Origin: a virus
Virus record (IMG/VR): IMGVR_UViG_3300029419_000277
DNA: 64,000 nucleotides
Strand: one strand, 5' to 3'
The position numbers and the translations under genes are program-made. Numbering within the stretch: position 1 is the first letter of the stretch; each line of letters begins with the position of its first letter. A model generated the notes under the pieces. It was not told the origin of the DNA. It worked only from the letters and a program-made list of their open reading frames with translations, and did not search any database. Shown here one piece after another: positions 20,101 through 29,852 of this stretch.

Positions 20101-20489
20101 TCGGACTTACTGGCCGCAACCGCACTGTTTGCGGCATCGACCTTCTGGGTGATATCCGCTACATCCTGTGCGGTCATCTTGCGCAAGGCTGCCACATCTG
20201 ATGCAGTATCTGTACGAAGCTGCTCTACATCTGCCGCAGTATCCTTGCGGAACTGCTCCACTTCTTCTGCCGTATTCTGACGGTACAGAGCCATCTGTTC
20301 CGAGAACCGGGAACACATCGCCCAGTATTCCTCCTGTGACAGAAGCGTTCCGGCCGGTACAGGTTTCCGGCTCATATAGCTGTCGCCTGTGGATTCCTCA
20401 TACACAATGGTAAGAGGCTCATATTCTTTTGCTTTGTCCCAGACACCATCATGGCGAGGGACGATTCGGTTTCCGATATATTCCGACAT
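17184..20489 (-). CDS. tail fibre / receptor-binding protein 2 with tandem repeat domains and SGNH/GDSL hydrolase domain
   Basis: 1101 aa; N-terminus GNRIVPRHDGVWDKAKEYE shared with the 14741..17047 product; two ~115-aa internal repeats (..ILAYDSSIDQINLYNTAQFRALGVNGYYIAAWY.. / ..ILAYDAGTRTINLYDTSLFRKLGTNGFYIASWY..); GDSL block ICICGDSLVDNG...ALGTND. Confidence 0.7.
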   Translation of the reverse strand: MSEYIGNRIVPRHDGVWDKAKEYEPLTIVYEESTGDSYMSRKPVPAGTLLSQEEYWAMCSRFSEQMALYRQNTAEEVEQFRKDTAADVEQLRTDTASDVAALRKMTAQDVADITQKVDAANSAVAASKSEMDKTAETLKAQINANVKASTDKNANYAQELVDARVDDEGKTYPTAGDNIRAVGRVRSMQNIMKNWVIKNGYANQNGNLVASESWRVAHMVPVSGDAILVDGQFGYMSGRDDYNNVVCYDMDRKFLGGCFRAESGKVYDNYVITLLPNTRFISVTTNEKLFSKLSVYLYDNMLPMRLLSNYATGWQWMNGSVDIRFTGSKVTVTFPEGKSVYVCRRTNGIQYEQTKLVAENSTSFDFAVVGKWWAIYYDGAEASANETGEKTEVPVIKVENTSGDSWGDLFTKGRFVFAVFFDWNVVYAAPSSSGTVINGIDYGNPAKIANTAMTWHKYRSAKMFLATGQFAIDTVNRTIQVTKRILAVVDNGAYYWISASEEPVPMLDSTEAEKHHMLILAYDSSIDQINLYNTAQFRALGVNGYYIAAWYENHFWYPHMGSSFSIVLDGTTYKAGELFDEERRDSYIEKKYEDRFQQLRTDLAGKDSRHMYLASGGITIDQDAGTIQVSTKCLGVPDTFHYEWIMAGDPVEMAFNTPSSTFGMPMRILAYDAGTRTINLYDTSLFRKLGTNGFYIASWYQSKLYNPHIHPDVKFIVGGKEYKAGDLFADNAASFIPKRITDYVQKAITPAVEDDIVTPSHWDCMEGRQLSIFFDCLSRHDGKENLYVLARGTNAPSLTRNEYCMNYTPTKDSTDFALTVCRLDEDDCHTVSSKPVQVRVHHKLKDKLTKNICICGDSLVDNGSVATEVYRLLAEDNDCVIHQLGTRGPSGGKHEGRGSWTFARYLADTDYAGKTNAFWDKIKGRLDFQKYCETNGYEGIDYFLIALGTNDVSQGTTLYRTEAEVQKFVDQAKQFIDALLDKETGFPNCKIGIGLCGPGSDYSYQCGSSMGIFHMSINTLNLALIKAFDAGKYRKNVTCFAHGLRTDRRLAFPYSDKPVTNRFTETSRTLTNSIHPSGRGYQAWADGYYCQIRAWLTEDSK

Positions 20490-20511
20490 ATTTTCCCCTT
20501 TCCCGGCTCTA

Positions 20512-21180
20512 TCAGCCGTTTGTAAACTCTACGATCAGCCGTCCGTCACCGCCCATTGAGAAGATGAGCTTCAGACCGTCTTCAGTGGTGAAAGCAAGAT
20601 AGCCGTCATCCGTAACCGTACAGTTCAAAAGATTTTCAATGAATTTCTGGATGGTGCTGGATTCCGACTTGTCACTGAAACCGAGTCCATCCTCCGACAC
20701 AACAGCAAAATAGCCAGCATCCGTGATATACACTTCCAGCAGTCCCTGACGGATGGCTTCCACAACACCGGCGTAGGTATAAGTGGCGATCTTGCCGTTG
20801 TTGATGGCTGCCCGCTCCACCTTCAATGTGAGGGAAAACGAACCAAGAACATCCCCCGCTGTGCTGAGCATAACAACATCCAGCGGAAACCGCCCGGCCT
20901 GCGCCGTCATGAAGGTCGTGATTGTAAAGACGACCGCCCCATTTTCAACAAACACAAGGTCGGATGCCGTCTCGCTGGTGTAATGAAAGATCGTGCCGTC
21001 CGGTCTGGTACCGGAACAGGCAACGATACAGTCCTGCGGTACAGAATACTGTACCGAGTTGTTATACAGGACACATCTGACTTTCCGTGCCCTGTTATCA
21101 TACTGTTTGACCGGGACTGTCACCGGGATCAGATTCTCCGTCAGTGACAGCTCCACTTCCTGATAAATGCTTGTGATCAT
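20512..21180 (-). CDS. tail or baseplate component, family not recognised
   Basis: 222 aa; placed between Tal and tail fibres; start overlaps the Tal stop. Confidence 0.45.
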   Translation of the reverse strand: MITSIYQEVELSLTENLIPVTVPVKQYDNRARKVRCVLYNNSVQYSVPQDCIVACSGTRPDGTIFHYTSETASDLVFVENGAVVFTITTFMTAQAGRFPLDVVMLSTAGDVLGSFSLTLKVERAAINNGKIATYTYAGVVEAIRQGLLEVYITDAGYFAVVSEDGLGFSDKSESSTIQKFIENLLNCTVTDDGYLAFTTEDGLKLIFSMGGDGRLIVEFTNG

Positions 21181-23144
21181 TACGCACTCCCTCCTTCCTG
21201 ATCCGTCTTCTTGTCATCTGTTTCTTCTTTGTTTTCCGTATCCTTATCTTCACCACCCGGCTTTTCGATATCTGGTGTTTCTGGCTCGGTCGGTGTGGTC
21301 GGCTCGGTCGGTTCCGTCGGCTCATAGCCAATGGTCTGCCACCGTTCTCCATCCCAGAGCTTTAACCGAAGGTTCTTCTTATCGACCCAGAGCGTATCTG
21401 CTGCCGGGGCCTCCGGTGCGGTTTCCGATACCGGGATACTCGGCTGGTACTTTTCATCCAGTTCTTTTTCAACCTCTTCCGACAGCTTCTTCGCCACACT
21501 GTATCTCTCGTCCAACTCCTTTTGCAGATCTTCTGAGATTTCCGTAAGGGTGCCATACCGCTGATCCAGTTCCTCATACAGCTCTTTGGACAGCTTTTTG
21601 GCAGTTTCGTACCGCTGATCGAGTGTTTTCTGAAGCTCGGCAGAGATAGAGGTCGCTGTTTTGTACCGCTCATCCAGTTCCTTCAGCAGCTCCTCGGAAA
21701 GCTCCGTGGCTTTCTTGTAGCGGTCATCCAGTTCCTTGAGGGTTTGTTCCAGCAGGATCGCCGTCCTGACTGCCGTGTCATCCGACTCCCAGCCATAGCC
21801 CCACGTTTTACCGCCATCCGTGGATACAAACAGCCCGGCAGAGCTGTTCTTCCATGCGACCGTGGACTGTTTCAAAGTCGCCGCATTGAATGCATAACGG
21901 GTCGTGTTTCCCTTGCTGTCCGTCTCATTTTTATAATGTAGTCCAAACAGCGCAGCAAAAAGCGTACCGTCATAAATGATGGATGCCGTGATTCCACCGA
22001 CCTGCTCTCCCACTGCTGTCTCCGCACGGACTGCCGTATCGTAGGCAATCGTTGCTGTATTCCGGATGCTGTTGAGCGAACCAGTCAGAGAAGAATTCCG
22101 GCTGCTGACCGTGGAGTTCGACAGCGTAATGCTGTTATAGCGTTCCAGCAGCGCATCATACTCGGTTTCGGTGACTTTGGAACTGACCTCAATGCCCAGC
22201 TTTGAGATATACACATGGACCGTATCACAAAGGGAGACACGCTCTGCTTCCACGATGTCCTCATACCCCGGCGTATTCCAGAGCTGTAAAAAGTCGATCT
22301 TGATGTCGATCTCCGGCTCCGTTAAGTCCGTGGTGTCGATATAGTTCTGTGCGTATTCCCGGAGTGCCGCTTCACTCGGCTTTTCCTGAAAATTGCTGGT
22401 ACAGTCCAGCACGGTAACCTTCTGGTAAGGAATTGACCGTTTGCTTTGCAGCACCACCTTCTCCGGCAGTTCCATAACCGCCTGGGTTTCATTGTCCACC
22501 CAGTACGGATGCACACCAGTGATCGTGTTCTCGATGGATTTCTCCATCTTGAAGTCTGTCAGGTTCTTCCCGTAGATGATGTGGACATTGTGATCCGCAC
22601 CTCTGGTTTTATGAAACTTGACCGTGTAGCGATCCCACTCAAATTCACCGCCGAAGGTATCCAGCACGGAAGCATCCATGCCACCCAGACAGTTACGGAA
22701 GGACGATGGAACGCCCAGCGTAAAAGTTGCACTGGAGTCCACATCCGTCCAGACATCGAAAGGGCAGTCAGAAGCAGCGTGGCTTTTCAGCCCCTGCATT
22801 GCTCCCGCACACCCAGTCACTGAGAACGGGGAAACTGTGATGAAGTTCAGCTGGTAGGAAATGTGCCGAGCCTGAACTTCCAGCTTTCCATCTATCGGGG
22901 TCGTGATCTTGTAGATGCGGAACGGCTGAGACTGCATGGTATCGGATGGCTTGGCAAGGATGATATTCCCCTCCTCCAGCATCTCTGCATGGATGCCATC
23001 TGCCGGACAGACCAGCTTCAGTTCATAGCTTCCGTTTCTCTTTTCCGTTACGGTACAAGACTGTGCATCTGCCAGCTTTCCAATACCGTTATGATTGAAC
23101 TTCATCTCTGTTGATGCATATAAACATGGGATCACTGGCTGCAC
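21180..23144 (-). CDS. tail-associated (Tal-like) minor structural protein / tail endopeptidase-family protein with C-terminal coiled-coil repeats
   Basis: 654 aa; N-terminal region typical of siphovirus Tal / phage minor structural protein; six near-tandem ~21-aa repeats LKELDERYKTAT..; P/T/E-rich tail. Confidence 0.7.
   Translation of the reverse strand: MQPVIPCLYASTEMKFNHNGIGKLADAQSCTVTEKRNGSYELKLVCPADGIHAEMLEEGNIILAKPSDTMQSQPFRIYKITTPIDGKLEVQARHISYQLNFITVSPFSVTGCAGAMQGLKSHAASDCPFDVWTDVDSSATFTLGVPSSFRNCLGGMDASVLDTFGGEFEWDRYTVKFHKTRGADHNVHIIYGKNLTDFKMEKSIENTITGVHPYWVDNETQAVMELPEKVVLQSKRSIPYQKVTVLDCTSNFQEKPSEAALREYAQNYIDTTDLTEPEIDIKIDFLQLWNTPGYEDIVEAERVSLCDTVHVYISKLGIEVSSKVTETEYDALLERYNSITLSNSTVSSRNSSLTGSLNSIRNTATIAYDTAVRAETAVGEQVGGITASIIYDGTLFAALFGLHYKNETDSKGNTTRYAFNAATLKQSTVAWKNSSAGLFVSTDGGKTWGYGWESDDTAVRTAILLEQTLKELDDRYKKATELSEELLKELDERYKTATSISAELQKTLDQRYETAKKLSKELYEELDQRYGTLTEISEDLQKELDERYSVAKKLSEEVEKELDEKYQPSIPVSETAPEAPAADTLWVDKKNLRLKLWDGERWQTIGYEPTEPTEPTTPTEPETPDIEKPGGEDKDTENKEETDDKKTDQEGGSA
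21440..21750 (-). repeat. tandem ~63-bp coding repeats (coiled-coil repeats of Tal)
   Basis: Repeated ctcatccagttcct / gtaccgctgatc units visible in the DNA; encodes (K/E)ELD(E/Q)RY(K/E)TA(T/K).LS(E/K)EL six times. Confidence 0.6.
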
Positions 23145-23151
23145 CTCCCTC

Positions 23152-23934
23152 TTACAGCGTCCACCAGCGTGGAGTCACCTCCACCGCCGTGATGCCGCCT
23201 GTCCATGCGATTTGTGTCTTTCCCTCCGGCAGTTCCGGGAAATCATCCGAAAGGATGGTCTCATTGCAGAAGCCGGAAGCGTTGTAAGCGTTGTGCGTTT
23301 CACAGTTGAGCAGCACGTAGTCCTTGATGCTGTGGATGGTGATCTTCTCCTCACCCACATACAGTTCGCCGCCAGAATCCCCGTAGATCTTGAAGATAGG
23401 CTGTGCCGGAAAAGCGAAGGGGTTCTTTAAGGTCGACCTGCCATCCAGCCGGATCACCCTCTGCCCATCCACGCTCCAACGCTGGGGCTTACAGTTGAAT
23501 GTCAGCTCCATCTCAGCGGCTTTCTGGGCTGTCACATCAAATTCCAGGGCGTCCTTGCAGACTGCCATCCGGAAGAAATCCGGGTCGTAGGTGTCCTGCA
23601 ATTTCTGATACCCGATCGGAGATAACAGCCATGCCTTGACCGCTGCGGTCTTGGCAGGCAGACCGTTGAAGAAAAATGCCTTATACTTGATATCCACGTT
23701 CTGATACCTACGCCTGCCTGTCCTTGCATTCTCGGTGATGATGTCCCCGTTCCTGCCGGGTACGGAGGTGCTCTCCACATCCGCAGCCGGGGAATCATAC
23801 ACACCGGGACCAGACAAATATAAAAGGTAGTCCTTGCTGGACTTCCCGGCAAAGGACAGATACTGTCTGGCATATCTGCCTTTGAGCTGAAACTGTGATA
23901 CTGTCTGCTTTGGGGTGTTATAGCCCATACGCAT
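23152..23934 (-). CDS. distal tail protein (Dit), siphovirus tail family
   Basis: 260 aa; position immediately downstream of the tape measure and upstream of Tal; Sipho_tail-like. Confidence 0.65.
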   Translation of the reverse strand: MRMGYNTPKQTVSQFQLKGRYARQYLSFAGKSSKDYLLYLSGPGVYDSPAADVESTSVPGRNGDIITENARTGRRRYQNVDIKYKAFFFNGLPAKTAAVKAWLLSPIGYQKLQDTYDPDFFRMAVCKDALEFDVTAQKAAEMELTFNCKPQRWSVDGQRVIRLDGRSTLKNPFAFPAQPIFKIYGDSGGELYVGEEKITIHSIKDYVLLNCETHNAYNASGFCNETILSDDFPELPEGKTQIAWTGGITAVEVTPRWWTL

Positions 23935-23942
23935 CTCCTCCT

Positions 23943-26900
23943 TTACTTGAAGACCGAATCATCCTCGTGGATCATGCCGTTGATCTTATCGGCAACGGTC
24001 TGTGCGAGTTCATCATCGTTCCGGGCATTGTAGCCGTTGACCGTGATATATACGCCACCAAGGTTGGTCGTCCGGGTGGTACCGCCTCCGGCCAGAGCCG
24101 CCTGCGGGAAGTTCCAGCCAGAGCCATCGAAGTGCGGCAGGGTCAGTTCCGGCAGACTGAAGGAACTGATGCCCTCCATACCCTGCTGCACCTTTGCTGC
24201 CATCGACCTGATCTGGCTGATTAGTCCGCCCTCGCCTTTCTTGATGCCGCCGGAAAGCAGCTTCATAAAGTCTGGCATATAGGTGTCCGCATCTGCCAGA
24301 GGTCCTTCATCCGGCACAGAGAAGTGCAGGAACGAACGGATACCGCTTGCCACACTCTTGACCGCACTGCCGACCCAGCTCACACCCTTTTTGATGCCTC
24401 CTGCAATACCGCCAACGATATCCTTGCCCCAGCTGACTGCCGAGGAAGCCACGTTCTTGATACCGCCCCAGATGGACGATGCCACGTTGCCGATGGCAGA
24501 AGCCGCATTGGAGATACCGTTCTTGATGGCATTTACTCCATTCGAGAATACCGAAGTGACCTTGTTCCAGATATTCGTGACTCCTTCCCGGAAGCCATCG
24601 CAGTTTTTCCAGAGAGCGGTCAGTCCAAGACCGATGCCGCCAACGGCTGCCACTGCGATACCTGCAGGACCCGCCAGGCCAGCAAGTGCTGTGCCTGCGG
24701 ATGCGAGGAAACCACCTGCGGAGCTTGCTACGCCTGCAAGAGCCGTACCCGCACCTGCCGCCAGACCAGATACGGCCGTGCCAACCGAGCCGAACAGTCC
24801 TGCGATTGCGGAGCCGGCAGAACCAGCAATTCCGCCCAATGTGGAACCCACACCAGACAGAAGCCCAGAAAGACTGCCGCCTAAGCCACCGATCTTCGTC
24901 ACTACACCGGAAAGCAGCCCGCCCAGATTCGACAGGATTCCCCCACCGCTGGAGCTAAGGCTTCCCAGCTTCGAGATAATGCCAGTGATGCCTTCTCCGA
25001 GGCCGCCCATCTTGGAAGTCAACCCGGAGATCAGGTTGCCAAAGTTCGACACGATCTGACCGCCATCTGCACTGCCGATTTTCGACAGGAAACTGCCGAT
25101 GTTGGACAGCAGGCCGCCGCCGTTCTCTGTGCCGAGAACATTGCCGAGGTTCTGCATCGTACTTCCAAGGTTTCCGATGGTGTTCTTCATGGAACCGAGC
25201 TTGTCCACAAGCCCCGTGACCGTATTGACCGTGTCACCGACCTTGCTGATGCCGTTGCCGAGGCTCTTTAAGAAATCCGAGTTGAAGGTATCGCCAAGGC
25301 TGCGGATCGCATTCCCAAGGGAACTGGTCTGAGAACTCAGCTCTCCGATGGATGTTTTCATATCCGCAAAGCCCTGCTTCACCTCATCGCTCATATTTCC
25401 GACAGCGGCTTTTGTAATCCCCTGCAGGTCCGTCCAGAGCTGCTGGAACTGGGTCTTCACCCCGGAAAGCCCGGACATCAGCTGAGACTGGATACCGCTT
25501 CCCACATCCCTTGCAGCACTACCGATACCGCTCTGACTTTTCTTGATCGTAGTAGCAAAACTGCCGACCACGGAATCCATCCAGTCGCCCAGAGAATCTA
25601 CCGGGGTCGTAAGGTTGTTGCTCATAGACCCGGCAAGTCCCTGCACGGCTTTCACCACCGACTTGACATTTTTTTTAATGCCGGTCGCCAGCAGCTTCAT
25701 GAAGTCGGGCATATAGGTATCTGCATCAGACAGAGGTCCTTCATCTGGTACAGAGAAATGCAGCAGACTTCTGACCCTGCTTGCGACATTTTCCGCCGCT
25801 GCGATCACGGAACCGGCCGCTGCCCGGACACCTGCCGCCATCTGGGAACAGATATCTGCGCCCCAGCGGTATGCAGAAGAAGCAATCGAACCGAGCGAGT
25901 TAAAACTGCTCCTGATACTTGCAACACCGGAAGAAACCGTGCTGCGCAGGCTGGACATTGCCGAAGACACCGTGGACTTGATGCTGTTGAAGGCAGAGGT
26001 CGTGGTGGATTTCAGTGTGTTCCAGCCGCTTGTGGCCGTACTGCGAACTGCGGATACAGAGGAAGTTGTAAGACTCTTGATGCTGTTCCATGCAGTCGTG
26101 ATGACCGTCTTGATACCATTCCAGCTGGTGTTCGTCAGAGTTTTCACTGCGTTCCATGCGCTTGTCATGGAAGATTTGACAGAAGCAGTTGCCGAAGTAG
26201 TCAGAGACTTGATTCCATTCCATGCTGTGGTGATAACACTCTTGATACCGTTCCAGCTGGTCGTTGTCAGCGACTTTACCGCACTCCATGCACTGGTCAT
26301 GGAAGATTTGACAGCTGCTGTCGCAGAGGTCACATTGGATTTCACCGCCGCAAAGCTGGTCTGGATGGTGGTCTTGATGCTGTTCCATGTGCTCGTGGTA
26401 CTGGTTGTAATGGAACTCCATGCGGATCTCATCGCGGCACTCACACCTGCCGTTCCGGTCTTCACCGTCTGGCTGATGGCCGCCCAGCTCTTACTGTATG
26501 CCTGCTCCACTCCCCTCATGGAGTTGGTGATGGAAGTAGACAGCGTGGTGGACAGATTCTCTGCCGCCGCAGTTACAAGGCTGGTGTTGGTCGTGATGCC
26601 GTTTGCCAGTCCCTGCATGAAGTCCGGCATCCAGCTTTCCATATCTGCCAGAGGCCCCTCATCCGGCACAGAGAAGTGCAGGAAAGAGCGGATACGGTCC
26701 GCCACTCCCGATACGGCGCTTGCCACATCCTGAATCCTCGACTGGATACCGGACACAATGTTGCCGATCATGTCCGAGCCCCACGAGAATGCCTGTCCAG
26801 CCAGACCCTTGATAAAGGAAACTGCACTGTTAAAGCCGTTCGTGATGGTGGACTTAATACCGGAAATGGTAGAGGAAATCCCGGATTTCATCGAGTTAAA

Positions 26901-29852
26901 AGCTGTGGTCGCCGCGCTCTTGATGCTGTTACTGAGGGACGAAACCGTAGACTTCATGGCATTCCAGCCGGAAGAAACCACCGATTTGATACCATTTACC
27001 ACACCGGAGATTTTGCTGCTGATGGCGCTCCAGATGGAAGAAACCGTGGACTGGATTGCTGAAAGGACAGTCGAAATGACCGTCTTGATTGCATTCCATG
27101 CCGTACTCATCCGGGTCTGAATGCCAGTCAGCAGCGGAGACAGGAACGATACAATAGCGTTCCATACAGTTGTCACCGCGGTCTGGATTGCAGTTAGCAC
27201 CGTAGATATGGCTGTCTGGATCGCGGACCAAACCGTAGAGAAAGTCGTCTGCAATCCAGTCAGGATCGGAGTCACAAAGGCGACGATGGCGTTCCAGATG
27301 GAAGTGATCTTCGTCTGGATCGCAGTCAGTGCTGCACCGATCAGGATCTGAATTGCCTGCCAGATGGTTTCAAACAGATATTTGAACGCATCCAACAGAG
27401 GTTTCATGGTGTTGTAGATGCCATTCCACACCGAAGTGATCGTCGTGCTGATGGTGTTCATGACCGTAGAAATCGCAGTCGAGATCGCCGTCCACACAGT
27501 TGTCACCGTGGTATGGATCGTATTCAACACAGAAGAAACGGCTGTGGAAATGGCAGTCCAGATGGTGCTGAAGGTCGTCTGGATACTCGTAAGGACAGTC
27601 GTAAAGAAGCTCGAAACTGCAGTGAACACAGTCGTTGCCACACTCTGGATAGCAGAAACTGTGTTTGAAAAGAAGCTGCTGATTCCGCTCCACACGGTCT
27701 CAAAGAAGCTCTTGATACTGTCCCAGACCGTCTGCCAGTCTGTCCCAAACAGACCGAGGAACACATCCAGTGCGCTCTTTAGTGCGGTAAGCGTCGTGGA
27801 GAATACAGACTTCACACCTTCCCAGATGCTGGCGAAGATTTCCTTTACCGCTTTCCATGCACCGCTCCAATTGCCGGAGAACACATTGGAAAAGACATCG
27901 AACAGACCGAGCAGCGTATCCAGAACCGTACTCAATACCGTAGCCATAATCTGGAATGCTCCCTCGAACAGCGGTGCAAGCACCTGACAGAAGCCATCCC
28001 AGACGGCTTTCAGTACCTCAGTGACATCCTTAAAATCAAAGCCCAGCCCGTTGATCCGCTGTGTCAGCTGGTCGCAGAAGCCTTTCACCTTGGAAACAAT
28101 GTCGTTCCAGATGCCGGTAATGGCAGTGCGGAACTCCTCGTTGGTGTTCCAGAGGTTCATGAACGCCGCCACCAGCGTACCGATGACCGCCACCACTGCT
28201 ACGACCGGCCCGGACAGACCACCCAGAACCACACCCAGCTTGCTGAACACACCGCTGGCACTGCCCACATGGGTGATGAGAAGCCGGACACCCTTTGCAA
28301 GAGAACTGAATCCCCGCATCGCTGTGCCGACGGTCGATATGGTCTTGCCCAGCACAATAAGCAACGGACCAATGGATGCCGCCAGAAGTCCGATCTTGAT
28401 GATCGTTTCCCTGGTGCTTTCATCCATGCTGTTCAGCTTGTCCACGAACTGCTGCACGGCAGATACGATCTTGCGGATGGTGGGCATCAGGATATCGCCA
28501 AAAGAAATAGCCAGCTCCTCCAGCTGAGATTTCAGGATGGTAAGCTGACCATTTAAATTGTCCTGCATGGTTTCTGCCATGCTCTCGGATGCGCCGTCAC
28601 AATTTTCAATGGCACCACGCAGTTTGTTGATGTCCGTCTCGCTGGAATTCATCAGGGCAAGGAAACCGGACATCGCATTCTTGCCGACCAGTGCCTCTGC
28701 ATTGGATGCTTTTTCAGATTCGGTCAAGCCGGAGAATGCTACACGGCAGTCTGCGAGGATATCGTTCAGGCTCCTCATACTGCCATCTGCATTGCTGGTG
28801 GCAATCGTAACCTCACCGATGTTCTTGCCTGCAAAGGTCACTTCACCGGAAAGGTTGTTCATGATGGTACGAAGGGACGTACCAGCCTGCGAAGCCTTGA
28901 TACCACTATTTGCCATAAGTCCGATGGCTTCTGCGGTATCCTCTGCCGAGAACCCCAGCGCACCGGCAATAGGCGCACAGTACTTGAACGTCTCGCCCAT
29001 CATGGAGACGTTGGTGTTCGCATTGGAGGAAGCGGCTGCGAGGATATCGGCAAAATGCCCAGAATCCGCAGCGGATAAGCCGAACGCGGTAAGGGCATCG
29101 GTAACAATATCTGAAGTCGTAGCGAGGTCTTCACCCGAAGCGGCCGCGAGGTTCATGACGCCCTCGATGCCGTTCAGCATGTCAGAAGTCTTCCATCCGG
29201 CCATGGCCATGTATTCCATCGCCGAAGCTGCCTCGGATGCAGAGAACTTGGTCTTTGCACCCATCTCACGGGCTTTCGCACGGAGCTGGTCAAAGTCATC
29301 CCCGGTCGCACCGGAAATGGCAGAGACCTTACTCATCTCGGAATCAAAATCGGCTGCGGTCTTCACTGCGGCAGTGCCAAGACCCGTCACAGCGGCAGTC
29401 ACCGGAAGGAACTTCTTGCCTACATTCTCCACAGAAGATCCGATGTTCTGGAGCTTTTCTCCAGCTTCATCGATCTTGGCAAGCGTCGCATTGGTAGTAG
29501 CCGCCTGATCCTGTAAGGATCGCAGATTCTGTTCGGTCTCCACGATCTCACGCTGAAGAGCATCGTACTGCTGCTGGGTGATCTCACCGTTGGCAAGCTG
29601 CTCATTAGCCTGCTGTGCGGCAGTTTTCAAAGTTGCCAGCTTTTCCTTAGTGGCTTCAATGGCATCCTTCAGCATCTTCTGCTTCTGGACGACCAGTTCT
29701 GTATTGGAAGGGTCCAGTTTCAGGAGTTTGTTGACATCCTTCAGTCCGGACTGCGTCCCCTTGATTGATTTGTTTACACTTTCCAGTGCTTTGGAGAGCT
29801 TTGTGGTATCGCCGCCGATCTCAACGGTGATGCCCTGGATTCTGGATGCCAT
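23943..29852 (-). CDS. tail tape measure protein (TP901 family), 1969 aa
   Basis: TP901-type tape-measure core (FDSEMSKVSAISGATGDDFDQLRAKAREMGAKTKFSASEAASAMEYMAMAGW); start assigned to MASRIQGITVEIGGDTTKL at 29852 because GAGGAGGTG lies 9 nt upstream (the ORF track begins at a GTG at 29897); huge low-complexity T/S/A-rich repeat region; three copies of an HFSVPDEGPL..D..YMPDFM motif. Confidence 0.85.
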   Translation of the reverse strand: MASRIQGITVEIGGDTTKLSKALESVNKSIKGTQSGLKDVNKLLKLDPSNTELVVQKQKMLKDAIEATKEKLATLKTAAQQANEQLANGEITQQQYDALQREIVETEQNLRSLQDQAATTNATLAKIDEAGEKLQNIGSSVENVGKKFLPVTAAVTGLGTAAVKTAADFDSEMSKVSAISGATGDDFDQLRAKAREMGAKTKFSASEAASAMEYMAMAGWKTSDMLNGIEGVMNLAAASGEDLATTSDIVTDALTAFGLSAADSGHFADILAAASSNANTNVSMMGETFKYCAPIAGALGFSAEDTAEAIGLMANSGIKASQAGTSLRTIMNNLSGEVTFAGKNIGEVTIATSNADGSMRSLNDILADCRVAFSGLTESEKASNAEALVGKNAMSGFLALMNSSETDINKLRGAIENCDGASESMAETMQDNLNGQLTILKSQLEELAISFGDILMPTIRKIVSAVQQFVDKLNSMDESTRETIIKIGLLAASIGPLLIVLGKTISTVGTAMRGFSSLAKGVRLLITHVGSASGVFSKLGVVLGGLSGPVVAVVAVIGTLVAAFMNLWNTNEEFRTAITGIWNDIVSKVKGFCDQLTQRINGLGFDFKDVTEVLKAVWDGFCQVLAPLFEGAFQIMATVLSTVLDTLLGLFDVFSNVFSGNWSGAWKAVKEIFASIWEGVKSVFSTTLTALKSALDVFLGLFGTDWQTVWDSIKSFFETVWSGISSFFSNTVSAIQSVATTVFTAVSSFFTTVLTSIQTTFSTIWTAISTAVSSVLNTIHTTVTTVWTAISTAISTVMNTISTTITSVWNGIYNTMKPLLDAFKYLFETIWQAIQILIGAALTAIQTKITSIWNAIVAFVTPILTGLQTTFSTVWSAIQTAISTVLTAIQTAVTTVWNAIVSFLSPLLTGIQTRMSTAWNAIKTVISTVLSAIQSTVSSIWSAISSKISGVVNGIKSVVSSGWNAMKSTVSSLSNSIKSAATTAFNSMKSGISSTISGIKSTITNGFNSAVSFIKGLAGQAFSWGSDMIGNIVSGIQSRIQDVASAVSGVADRIRSFLHFSVPDEGPLADMESWMPDFMQGLANGITTNTSLVTAAAENLSTTLSTSITNSMRGVEQAYSKSWAAISQTVKTGTAGVSAAMRSAWSSITTSTTSTWNSIKTTIQTSFAAVKSNVTSATAAVKSSMTSAWSAVKSLTTTSWNGIKSVITTAWNGIKSLTTSATASVKSSMTSAWNAVKTLTNTSWNGIKTVITTAWNSIKSLTTSSVSAVRSTATSGWNTLKSTTTSAFNSIKSTVSSAMSSLRSTVSSGVASIRSSFNSLGSIASSAYRWGADICSQMAAGVRAAAGSVIAAAENVASRVRSLLHFSVPDEGPLSDADTYMPDFMKLLATGIKKNVKSVVKAVQGLAGSMSNNLTTPVDSLGDWMDSVVGSFATTIKKSQSGIGSAARDVGSGIQSQLMSGLSGVKTQFQQLWTDLQGITKAAVGNMSDEVKQGFADMKTSIGELSSQTSSLGNAIRSLGDTFNSDFLKSLGNGISKVGDTVNTVTGLVDKLGSMKNTIGNLGSTMQNLGNVLGTENGGGLLSNIGSFLSKIGSADGGQIVSNFGNLISGLTSKMGGLGEGITGIISKLGSLSSSGGGILSNLGGLLSGVVTKIGGLGGSLSGLLSGVGSTLGGIAGSAGSAIAGLFGSVGTAVSGLAAGAGTALAGVASSAGGFLASAGTALAGLAGPAGIAVAAVGGIGLGLTALWKNCDGFREGVTNIWNKVTSVFSNGVNAIKNGISNAASAIGNVASSIWGGIKNVASSAVSWGKDIVGGIAGGIKKGVSWVGSAVKSVASGIRSFLHFSVPDEGPLADADTYMPDFMKLLSGGIKKGEGGLISQIRSMAAKVQQGMEGISSFSLPELTLPHFDGSGWNFPQAALAGGGTTRTTNLGGVYITVNGYNARNDDELAQTVADKINGMIHEDDSVFK

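Noticed and set aside
25758-27987. Long ORFs on the plus strand and in alternative minus frames inside the tape measure gene (for example 25758..27062 + 434 aa, 25939..26733 +, 27418..27987 +)
   Set aside because: They lie entirely within the repetitive low-complexity tape-measure coding region, have no RBS, and their products are low-complexity mirror translations. Treated as shadow ORFs.
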